This document shows positions 24,957-32,226 of a stretch of DNA of 61,999 bases, in pieces. Where the stretch lies: the IMG/VR virus record IMGVR_UViG_3300008448_000076, positions 1 to 61,999 of that record, one strand, 5' to 3'. The position numbers and the translations under genes are program-made. The notes under the pieces are model-generated. The model had not been told where the DNA came from. It did not search any database and worked only from the letters and a program-made list of their open reading frames with translations. The DNA comes from a virus. Its lineage: Duplodnaviria > Caudoviricetes. The first letter of the stretch is position 1. Every line of letters begins with the position of its first letter.

Positions 24957-25003
24957 AATTGCCACTTATCCGGCGCGGCCCGTGCTTTGTCGGCGCGGGT
25001 CGC
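24957..25003 (+). repeat. 23-bp repeat copy 3 plus a variant hairpin
   Basis: Exact repeat; GCGGCCCGTGC pairs with GCGCGGGTCGC. Confidence 0.85.
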
Positions 25004-25026
25004 ATTTAATGCATACCTGCTATGAT

Positions 25027-25055
25027 TTGATTTTTATTTGACCATTTCCTATATT
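25027..25055 (+). promoter_or_regulatory. Putative sigma70 promoter
   Basis: TTGATT-17 nt-TATATT. Confidence 0.5.
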
Positions 25056-25089
25056 CCATTTTGTCATGTCCAATAGAAAGGGAGAAAAC

Positions 25090-25737
25090 ATGATCACTTT
25101 GAAAGAAGCACATGAGGCAGGAAAAGTCTCAGTATCCAATGGCAAAATGCCAGGGTCCACTTTTGCGATATCTGCCCGGGCTTGCAATGTCGGGGGGAAA
25201 CTTGCCGAACTCAAGGGTTCAGTTTGCCACAAATGCTATGCCCTGAAATTGCAGAACTTGAGACCTTCAGTAAATACCGGCTGGACTGGAAACTTAGATA
25301 AGGCCGTCCGCATGATCAATTCTGATCCGGCGCGATGGGTCGCGTTCATGGCCTTTCAAATAAACAAGGCCTATGAAAAAACCGGCGAGGCCTTCCATCG
25401 GTGGTTTGACAGTGGAGACCTGCAATCTGTCCAGATGCTAGACGCGATATGCGAAGTGGCCCGCGCTACCCCGCAGATCAAGCATTGGCTCCCGACGCGT
25501 GAGGGCAAAATTCTAAAGGCCTTTACCGGCTCACTGCCCGACAATCTCGTGATCCGCGTATCAAGTCCCATGATCGACGACAAGCCCATGGCGGGTTACA
25601 TCTGGACAAGCACAGTCCACAAGCACAGTGAGCCAGAAGGCCATGTGTGCCCTGCCCGTCATCAAGGCAATTCATGCGGATCCTGCCGCGCTTGCTGGTC
25701 AGACGCTGTTCGCAATATTTCCTATCCCCTCCACTAG
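25090..25737 (+). CDS. Gp88-family Cys-rich protein (radical-SAM-like)
   Basis: KMPG...C...CHKCYA...RWFDSGD...HWLPTRE...CPA...CGSCRACW. Confidence 0.75.
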   Translation: MITLKEAHEAGKVSVSNGKMPGSTFAISARACNVGGKLAELKGSVCHKCYALKLQNLRPSVNTGWTGNLDKAVRMINSDPARWVAFMAFQINKAYEKTGEAFHRWFDSGDLQSVQMLDAICEVARATPQIKHWLPTREGKILKAFTGSLPDNLVIRVSSPMIDDKPMAGYIWTSTVHKHSEPEGHVCPARHQGNSCGSCRACWSDAVRNISYPLH

Positions 25738-25745
25738 GGGATAGG
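25721..25745. other. Perfect 10-bp hairpin overlapping the stop codon
   Basis: CCTATCCCCT-CCACT-AGGGGATAGG. Confidence 0.55.
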
Positions 25746-25814
25746 TTATAACAGTTTCCGGCGCGTTGATGCGTGGCAACCCTCCCTTGCCTTCTATCGC
25801 TCCGCGCCCACCTT

Positions 25815-25851
25815 GGCCCCGTGTTGGTTTTACCGGCACGGGGTCTTTTTT
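25815..25851 (+). terminator. Rho-independent terminator
   Basis: GGCCCCGTGTTGGT-TTT-ACCGGCACGGGGTC followed by a T run. Confidence 0.85.
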
Positions 25852-25853
25852 AT

Positions 25854-26030
25854 TGCCACTTGACCGGCGCAGATTCTGCTTATCCGGCGCGATGTTTCAC
25901 GTGAAACAATTCCTACTTGACCGGCGCGTCAGTCATCAAGATCCTACTTGACCGGCGCGTCAGTCATTACCGGCTCTCAAACCACAGTTTTAAATGGTCA
26001 AATAACAAATGCCACTTGACCGGCGCAGAT
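25854..26030 (+). repeat. Cluster of CTT(GA/AT)CCGGCGC repeats
   Basis: 21-bp pair 25854-25874/26010-26030; 26-bp pair 25911-25936/25942-25967; another copy at 25879-25891. Confidence 0.9.
25893..25908. promoter_or_regulatory. parS: Consensus chromosomal parS site
   Basis: Perfect palindrome TGTTTCACGTGAAACA; intergenic. Confidence 0.8.
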
Positions 26031-26374
26031 AAGACCAATTCCGGCTGACAACTGCCCTTTGTCGCCAGTTCAAGCAGAGATTTGCATGAATAAATTTCTA
26101 CGGTTTGAGCCCGTGGACGGCTAACCAAGTTCCAGACGTTCGGGAAAATTAACGATCTCCTTGTTTGCCATGCAATCTGCGCAGGTCGCCATAAAGATAT
26201 GTCTATATCATTGTTGGTCTTGCATACCTTGTTTTCGAGCCAAAACTCTCCGAATTCCGCGGCCCCGTTCACGTCCGGCATGCCCGCTCCGGCCCATGCT
26301 TCAACTCTCGTCCAGTGGACCTCTAGCGGGCTCGATTTCAAGGACTGCCACATCTTCTTTTCGGTCTGAAACAG
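25967..26374 (-). CDS. PD-(D/E)xK nuclease (Holliday-junction resolvase/VRR-NUC-like)
   Basis: RVE...GMPD...WLENK...RPAQIAW; start is either CTG 26374 or ATG 26353. Confidence 0.75.
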   Translation of the reverse strand: MFQTEKKMWQSLKSSPLEVHWTRVEAWAGAGMPDVNGAAEFGEFWLENKVCKTNNDIDISLWRPAQIAWQTRRSLIFPNVWNLVSRPRAQTVEIYSCKSLLELATKGSCQPELVLSAPVKWHLLFDHLKLWFESR

Positions 26375-26891
26375 GGTTGATCTCCTTCATCTTGGCGAGG
26401 TTGGCAAGTGCAGGGAATTCCTGCGTAAGCTTCTGGATCTCTCGAAGCACCTCATCTTTGCTCATCTGGTCGATCCGGCCCACAAGGATCTCGGAGCGGG
26501 AGATGTACAGGCCCGCCGCCATGCCTCGCTGTTTCTCCGCGGCCACTGCCGCCGCTGTCTGCCCGTTCTGCAATGCGATGTCGCGGATCTTGGCAAGTTC
26601 CGTAATGTGGTTGTCGTATGTGACTTCGTACTTCTTCGCCAGTTCTGCTTTGATCTCGCGGATGCGGGCGACGATGTTCGGGTGGTCTCGGCCATTCAAA
26701 AACTTAGAGGCTTGTGTGGCCGCGTCCACGTATCCGGCGAGCCGTGCCGCCTCGGTCTGGGTCACGTTCTGGGTCGCGTAGATCTGGCAGAATTTCTCCT
26801 GCATCTCCGTGATCCCGTAATCCAAAAGAGGAATTGCTGAGGGATCTGAAGTACTTACCTTAACTTTGTGCGTTCGCTTTCTATCCGTCAC
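26301..26891 (-). CDS. terS: Terminase small subunit
   Basis: QEKFC..Y...TEAARLAGY...AS..L...I...I; AAVAAE..RG..AGLY; GTG start with AAGGA RBS. Confidence 0.75.
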   Translation of the reverse strand: MTDRKRTHKVKVSTSDPSAIPLLDYGITEMQEKFCQIYATQNVTQTEAARLAGYVDAATQASKFLNGRDHPNIVARIREIKAELAKKYEVTYDNHITELAKIRDIALQNGQTAAAVAAEKQRGMAAGLYISRSEILVGRIDQMSKDEVLREIQKLTQEFPALANLAKMKEINPVSDRKEDVAVLEIEPARGPLDES

Positions 26892-27014
26892 AGAGGATTC
26901 CTTTCCTACACAGGACTGCTGTCCTATTTCCAGTATTAAGGCCAAAAACCAAATGGAAAAAAAATTTATATCGGAACAAAAAATGATGTCGGTCGGGCGG
27001 ATCAGATGGTTTGT

Positions 27015-27213
27015 GGTATCAAAGGTATCAAACTGGTATCAAAAAATATAGCGATATTATCCTTATATATCAATAGGGTATCAAAATATACGGAGTATAT
27101 TCTGTATAGAGAATATCCCTATAAAAAATCTCCATTTGGGCCCTTGTCAAGCCATGGTTTGGGTATCAAAACGTGTTTTCTGGAAATCAGAATATATTTG
27201 ATACTTTGATACC
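27015..27213. repeat. GGTATCAAA iteron-like repeats in an AT-rich tract
   Basis: Direct copies at 27015, 27024, 27035, 27077, 27162; inverted copies at 27197 (8/9) and 27205. Confidence 0.85.
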
Positions 27214-27399
27214 GTCTCAATGATTTCAATGACTTAGGACATAAAAGCTTATTGAAAGTTTGATGTCTTATATGGATTTGAAAAATATACCCCGTGGCAG
27301 TGGACAAAGGACAACTGACCCTCGACATCCCCCATCGATCACACTACCTTGATCCCTGCTTGAGACATTCGGGATAATGAACCAAGCTTCCACACCTGA

Positions 27400-27600
27400 G
27401 CGGGCCATCTTCACGGGTGGCCCGTTTCTCTTTCTGTTATCCGCAAAACCCTGTTTTGGGCATACGTCATTGGCGTATAGTCCCGCGAGCCGAAGCCCGC
27501 GGGGATCGCCGACGCATCGAACGATGTTGATGTGGGTGGTCGGTCTGACGCTGTTCTGCTTCGACCGACCCAGATCCGGAAACAGCAAAAACGGATCGCC
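27400..27600 (-). ncRNA. Candidate structured non-coding RNA or leader
   Basis: Several stems, including a cUUCGg-capped extended hairpin at 27462-27517. Confidence 0.45.
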
Positions 27601-27798
27601 CCGCCAACAATAAAGCATATTTTTTGGCGGCCTCCAATTGTCAGGCCCCTATAAATTTTGCTTTATTGAAATCTGACAGTTGCCCGACATTGCCAGTTTC
27701 TGTTGGGCAAGGCTTTTTGGAAAACTGGCAGTCTAAAAACTTGCTCTGACTTTTTAGACTAAATGGTAGTTATGCAAAAAACGCATACCAGCCATGAT

Positions 27799-27827
27799 TT
27801 GACATCTTAATCACATCCCACTATGTT
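27799..27827 (+). promoter_or_regulatory. Sigma70 promoter of the main early operon
   Basis: TTGACA-17 nt-TATGTT. Confidence 0.75.
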
Positions 27828-27881
27828 CTCGATGTTGGCAGGGAGAAAGTGCCAAGGACAAATGACATTGGAGAAAGAACA

Positions 27882-28091
27882 ATGCGTTATGCGATCTACA
27901 TCAACACATACGTCGAGAACGAAACAGCGATGTATGAGTTCTCTGAAAGTTTTGCGGATTTGGCTCAGGCCGAGAAAAAGGCCGACTACATCAACCGCAT
28001 GACAATTCTTGACGCGATCATCATTCCCGTCTTTTCGGAAGGCCAGACGGTTGACCTGTTTGTAGGCACAAAGCTTGTTGAGGCCGCCTGA
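27882..28091 (+). CDS. Early hypothetical protein
   Basis: GGAG RBS; ATG at 27882. Confidence 0.7.
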   Translation: MRYAIYINTYVENETAMYEFSESFADLAQAEKKADYINRMTILDAIIIPVFSEGQTVDLFVGTKLVEAA

Positions 28092-28112
28092 ACGGATAAT
28101 GCACCAGTAATC

Positions 28113-28134
28113 GCGGGGGGCTTCGGCTCCCCGC
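28113..28134 (+). other. cUUCGg intergenic hairpin
   Basis: GCGGGGGGC-TTCG-GCTCCCCGC; no U-tract. Confidence 0.6.
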
Positions 28135-28155
28135 CCATTCCATAGGAGAAAGATT

Positions 28156-28575
28156 ATGGGACTCGATATGTATCTGTATGCGCGTAAGCATTTCTGGCGC
28201 GATGAAGACAAGCCAAAGGTTAACGACATCCCAGAGGGCTATGAACCGTGGTCTGTCGATGTGAAGGTTTTGTATTGGCGGAAGGCAAATGCCATTCACC
28301 AGTGGTTCGTGGACAACGTGCAGGACGGCATCGACAACTGCCAAGAGTACTATGTCCGGCGTGAACAGTTAGAGTCTCTCCGGAACCTTTGTATTGAGGT
28401 TTTGGACGGGGCTCCCCCAGAGGATCGCTTGCCCACAAAATCCGGTTTCTTCTTCGGTTCGACCGAATACGATCAGGGTTATCGGGACGACCTGCACCAG
28501 ACAGTGATTGGTATTGATCGGGCTTTGACGGATTTCAACGACGAGTGGGAATTCCGGTATTCATCATCGTGGTAA
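28156..28575 (+). CDS. Conserved phage early protein (MGLDMYL...YWRKANAIH.WF)
   Basis: Recognisable phage motif; AGGAG RBS. Confidence 0.85.
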   Translation: MGLDMYLYARKHFWRDEDKPKVNDIPEGYEPWSVDVKVLYWRKANAIHQWFVDNVQDGIDNCQEYYVRREQLESLRNLCIEVLDGAPPEDRLPTKSGFFFGSTEYDQGYRDDLHQTVIGIDRALTDFNDEWEFRYSSSW

Positions 28576-28589
28576 AGGACAAAGAGCAA

Positions 28590-28835
28590 ATGACAGAGGA
28601 CATTGCAAAGTTATGGTCTGACAAGGTCGCCAAGGCACTGGTGGGCAAGACCATCGTGAAGGTTGACTACATCACCAACCTCGATGCCAAGGCTATGGGA
28701 TGGCGTGGGCGTAGTATCGCCCTGATCCTGAATGATGGCTCGGTGCTGTACCCCAGTGCCGACGACGAGGGCAACGAGGCAGGGGCGTTGTTCACGACGA
28801 TCCCCGACCTCGAAACGATTCCAGTGATTGGCTGA
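28590..28835 (+). CDS. Hypothetical protein (PSADDEGNEAGALF)
   Basis: Packed ORF in the early operon. Confidence 0.75.
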   Translation: MTEDIAKLWSDKVAKALVGKTIVKVDYITNLDAKAMGWRGRSIALILNDGSVLYPSADDEGNEAGALFTTIPDLETIPVIG

Positions 28836-28848
28836 GGAGAATATAGCA

Positions 28849-29103
28849 ATGGCACGTAAAGCAGTGAAGAAGCCCGTAAAGCGGGCGGTCGTGAAGAAAC
28901 AGTATGTTGTTGGTTACAGTGGTCGTTTTTCGAGCAGTGACCAAATTGAATTTATCAATGGCGTGTATGACACGCTCGACAAGGCCAAGAGAGAAGCGGA
29001 AGAGAGTTACGACGACGGCGACAAGTTCTTTATCTTCGAGGCGAAGCGCGTGTTGCAGTCAGAAGATCCCGTTCCTTCGAAACTGAATTGGAAGAGCAAA
29101 TGA
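28849..29103 (+). CDS. Hypothetical protein
   Basis: GAGGAG RBS. Confidence 0.7.
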   Translation: MARKAVKKPVKRAVVKKQYVVGYSGRFSSSDQIEFINGVYDTLDKAKREAEESYDDGDKFFIFEAKRVLQSEDPVPSKLNWKSK

Positions 29104-29177
29104 CAATGGACACCTATATTTTGGCATTCATGGCCGGAGTCCTTCTCGTTATGGCCGCGAACAGTGGGGGACGTTAA

Positions 29178-29474
29178 ATGACAGAGGTCAGAGTTCAAAC
29201 CATCGAGGTCCGTAATGGCGACGAGTGGCGACCGGAGTATCAGGTCGGCGAGTTCAGGGACGGGAACCCAGATAACTACGAGAAGGGTAACTTCTACTGG
29301 AAGACGGTTGTCTGGGCCATCGAGGACAAATGGTCTCGTGCCAATGCTCACGACAGGGTGTTGCACACAAACGGTGGACACTTCAATATCTATAAGTTCC
29401 GCTTTGTCGAGATGCCCTTCGATCCAGAGAAGCATCACCTTCAAGAACCACCAAGAGAGTACCGTGGGGTTTAA
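29178..29474 (+). CDS. Hypothetical protein
   Basis: Packed ORF. Confidence 0.65.
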   Translation: MTEVRVQTIEVRNGDEWRPEYQVGEFRDGNPDNYEKGNFYWKTVVWAIEDKWSRANAHDRVLHTNGGHFNIYKFRFVEMPFDPEKHHLQEPPREYRGV

Positions 29475-29475
29475 G

Positions 29476-29706
29476 ATGACAAAGGTCATTGATTACAAGG
29501 AGCAGTACAAAGCCCAGAGTTTTGTTGTCAAACATCTGGTGTCGGTCGTGGAGGAGCAGAAGAAGGAGATCGAAAAATTGTCTGAGACTGTTCGACAGCA
29601 AGACAAGGCGATCTTCAATCTCAAGTCAGAGATAGAAAGCATCGACCCGCTTCCGTACCCACAGCACTACTTGGTAATTCGTGGAGAAGATCATGGAACA
29701 CTTTGA
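29476..29706 (+). CDS. Small coiled-coil protein
   Basis: Packed ORF; ATG at 29476. Confidence 0.65.
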   Translation: MTKVIDYKEQYKAQSFVVKHLVSVVEEQKKEIEKLSETVRQQDKAIFNLKSEIESIDPLPYPQHYLVIRGEDHGTL

Positions 29707-29980
29707 AGTACAGCACTACACACTGGTTGATGGTTGGGTGAATTGTTGGACGACGATTGATGCAGAAGGCAACGAAAGCCCGACGACCTACGAGACCTTC
29801 AACGCCGCGATCTTCGATCTCGACGATATGTTTGACGAGCAGGACTACGAGGTTAAGGCAAAGATCATGGAACCAGAGCACCGCCACTCTGAAGACGAGT
29901 ATCGGATCGTGCGAATTGAGGACGGTGCTGTGAGAGATATCTACCCGTATCAATGGTTAAGAAAGGCAGAGGACAAATGA
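29693..29980 (+). CDS. Hypothetical protein (EVQHYTLVDGWVNCW)
   Basis: GGAG RBS. Confidence 0.7.
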   Translation: MEHFEVQHYTLVDGWVNCWTTIDAEGNESPTTYETFNAAIFDLDDMFDEQDYEVKAKIMEPEHRHSEDEYRIVRIEDGAVRDIYPYQWLRKAEDK

Positions 29981-30258
29981 CATACGGCATGAGCATCGAG
30001 GACAAGCTTGATAACTGGGCGAAGTATTCGACAGCCGGACAGAAGGCCGTGCTTGAAGAGGCTTCGTGGACGATCAGGAAATTGCGTCGTCTCAACAAGA
30101 CGAATAATGATTGGGGAATAACGCTTTTTCAGGCCTTGGAGAATTTGTACAACGACTACGCATCGTACTATCCAAGCGCGATTGAAAACAGTCCGGCAAT
30201 GAAGGCCGCGTATGAACTGATCAACGAGGACATCGAGGAAGAGATGCAGGGGAATTGA
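29977..30258 (+). CDS. Hypothetical protein
   Basis: GAGG RBS; ATGA overlap. Confidence 0.7.
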   Translation: MTYGMSIEDKLDNWAKYSTAGQKAVLEEASWTIRKLRRLNKTNNDWGITLFQALENLYNDYASYYPSAIENSPAMKAAYELINEDIEEEMQGN

Positions 30259-30261
30259 GCG

Positions 30262-30519
30262 ATGGATATCAACGAAGGATACTATCGACAGGCTTTGTAT
30301 GGCAACGATGTCAGAGATCCGAGGATCAAGAGCCTTGAAAAAGAAATGGAACGGTTGCGGGAGGCGTTGAAGATATTTGCTATTTACGCAGATTATCTTG
30401 ACGAAAATTATGGAGACCACCCTGACCATTATGTCTCTAAGGGGTTTAGAGGTGAAATAATTACGTTTGGAGATTTTCGCAAAGCCCGTTCCGCCCTTCA
30501 ACAAAAGGAGAGTGAGTGA
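30262..30519 (+). CDS. Hypothetical protein (ERLREALK...QQKESE)
   Basis: Shares DNA repeats with the next gene. Confidence 0.7.
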   Translation: MDINEGYYRQALYGNDVRDPRIKSLEKEMERLREALKIFAIYADYLDENYGDHPDHYVSKGFRGEIITFGDFRKARSALQQKESE

Positions 30520-30710
30520 TGGATATGACGCGTCACTACCATGATTTGTATGGCGATGAATCAAAAGATCAGAAGATCAAACGTCTGTATGCCGAGAATG
30601 AGCGGTTGCGGGAGGCGTTGAAAGAAACGCTTGCGGTGGCAAGACGCAATGAAATCGGAGATTACATTCAGCGGGCAGAAGCCCTTCTTCAACAAAAGGA
30701 AACTGAGTGA
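30516..30710 (+). CDS. Hypothetical protein (ERLREALK...QQKETE)
   Basis: Partial paralogue of the previous gene. Confidence 0.7.
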   Translation: MMDMTRHYHDLYGDESKDQKIKRLYAENERLREALKETLAVARRNEIGDYIQRAEALLQQKETE

Positions 30711-31156
30711 TGGACATTAATCTTTTGATAACGGCTGAACGGACGTTCAACGATCTGCTCCGTGAGTACATTGATTACCGCTACCCGAAGCCTTTGCTGA
30801 GAAAGCCCAAGAAGAACGAGGACACCCCGCAGATGCGAGAACTTCTCCGGTATCAGCATGAAAGGTCAATGGACCTATGGCAGAAGACAGTGGACGATGT
30901 CCTCCGCCAGACGATGATCAATGATTTGACGATAGAAGGCATCTACGGGGCCATTGATCGCACTATACGGATGATAAAGGACGCTGAGTATCTGGCAACG
31001 GACGTGACAGAACTGGTCAAGCGCAGGAGATTGTTTGAGCAGATCAAATCCATTATCCACATCAGCCCTGCCTATCCGAAGGATGCGGCGCGGAGACTGG
31101 TTAACCTGAACAAGAAACTCGTAGCAGAGCCTCGCTCTTACGCATATGGAGATTAA
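30707..31156 (+). CDS. Hypothetical protein
   Basis: AAGGA RBS; coupled. Confidence 0.7.
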   Translation: MMDINLLITAERTFNDLLREYIDYRYPKPLLRKPKKNEDTPQMRELLRYQHERSMDLWQKTVDDVLRQTMINDLTIEGIYGAIDRTIRMIKDAEYLATDVTELVKRRRLFEQIKSIIHISPAYPKDAARRLVNLNKKLVAEPRSYAYGD

Positions 31157-31424
31157 GATGAGTTGGAAGCACACAGATTCTTTTGATTACGTTGGCCCAA
31201 GGACAAAGGGCACACAGTTTGCGAAGCTTGTTTACGACCAAGTGTCGGGGGAAGCAGACGTGATGGCAAACGAGGCTTACAGGGATATGCCAGATGCCAT
31301 GAAGCTTGATGTGCTGGGCGATGCTATTGGGATGTTGCAACGGGAACGCAACTACATCGTGTCAAAAATGGCACGTTCGCATATCAGCTATGCAAAAATG
31401 TCAGATGACAAAGGTCAACAATAG
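31146..31424 (+). CDS. Hypothetical protein
   Basis: Packed ORF; start may be 31158. Confidence 0.65.
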   Translation: MEIKMSWKHTDSFDYVGPRTKGTQFAKLVYDQVSGEADVMANEAYRDMPDAMKLDVLGDAIGMLQRERNYIVSKMARSHISYAKMSDDKGQQ

Positions 31425-31551
31425 GTTTACATCTACCACATATCCGGTGGGTGTCCTGTGCCGTCCACGATTGCGGCAACCAGTGTGCTTGCTAGACACT
31501 CCGTAAGCCTCCGTGGTGGGCCGGATAGATGACCAACAGAAAGGGTCAGTC

Positions 31552-31743
31552 ATGGAAAGATTAATGTCGCATATCGTCGATCTTCGTGATCGGCTGAGGG
31601 AAGTAGATGCGCGGGACCAAGAAGAGTCTGATGCTATTGCCCGTGAGGTCTGGGACGATTGGGTCGAGGCCTTGTGGTGGGACTTGCAGGAAGAAGTTCA
31701 GGATTATCTGAAGAAGAGAAACGAAAATGTCTCATCGCTTTAA
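31552..31743 (+). CDS. Small acidic protein
   Basis: ATG at 31552 after AAGGG. Confidence 0.6.
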   Translation: MERLMSHIVDLRDRLREVDARDQEESDAIAREVWDDWVEALWWDLQEEVQDYLKKRNENVSSL

Positions 31744-32005
31744 ACAAATGGAGTCTGGTGCGATTGATGTGCGGGATCAAGATGCTACGTACATCATCTC
31801 GCATTACGATGCTGAGATTATTGTGTTGGCTCTCGGTAACTATAGAAGACTCCTTGAAAAAAGATGGGACGATAACCCGAACCACAGCCTGACAAGGAAG
31901 ATCGAGGATCTGGAGTATATCTACGAGGCTTTCACTGAGATCGTAGGTACAAAGAATACCATTCAAGATATCGCTCGCAAGAAAATCAAACTGAAGGAAG
32001 TGTAA
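31727..32005 (+). CDS. Hypothetical protein
   Basis: Packed ORF. Confidence 0.65.
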   Translation: MSHRFKQMESGAIDVRDQDATYIISHYDAEIIVLALGNYRRLLEKRWDDNPNHSLTRKIEDLEYIYEAFTEIVGTKNTIQDIARKKIKLKEV

Positions 32006-32006
32006 A

Positions 32007-32219
32007 ATGACAAAGGACAGTGAAAAGAAATCAGAGCGCGTCGTGATGAACGTGCTTCAGCTTACGCCATCCGACTCGGCATTCATTGCAATGGTGTTGG
32101 AGATGTACGCAAAGGAGATGGAGCGAGCGATTGAAAAGCTTAGCCCGTCGAATGCAATTGGCAAAGGTATCATCAGCCGTGACATCGCTGATGCAAAGCG
32201 TCTCGTGGAGATCCTATGA
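32007..32219 (+). CDS. Hypothetical protein
   Basis: AAGGA RBS. Confidence 0.65.
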   Translation: MTKDSEKKSERVVMNVLQLTPSDSAFIAMVLEMYAKEMERAIEKLSPSNAIGKGIISRDIADAKRLVEIL

Positions 32220-32226
32220 GGTTATT

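Noticed and set aside
24442-24979. CRISPR array or integron attC array
   Set aside because: The intervals are 227-288 bp and contain whole genes; no cas or integrase gene; no attC GTTRRRY/RYYYAAC boxes
27268-27618. ORFs 27268..27618 (-) and 27377..27613 (+)
   Set aside because: No RBS and atypical composition; the region is better explained as structured non-coding sequence
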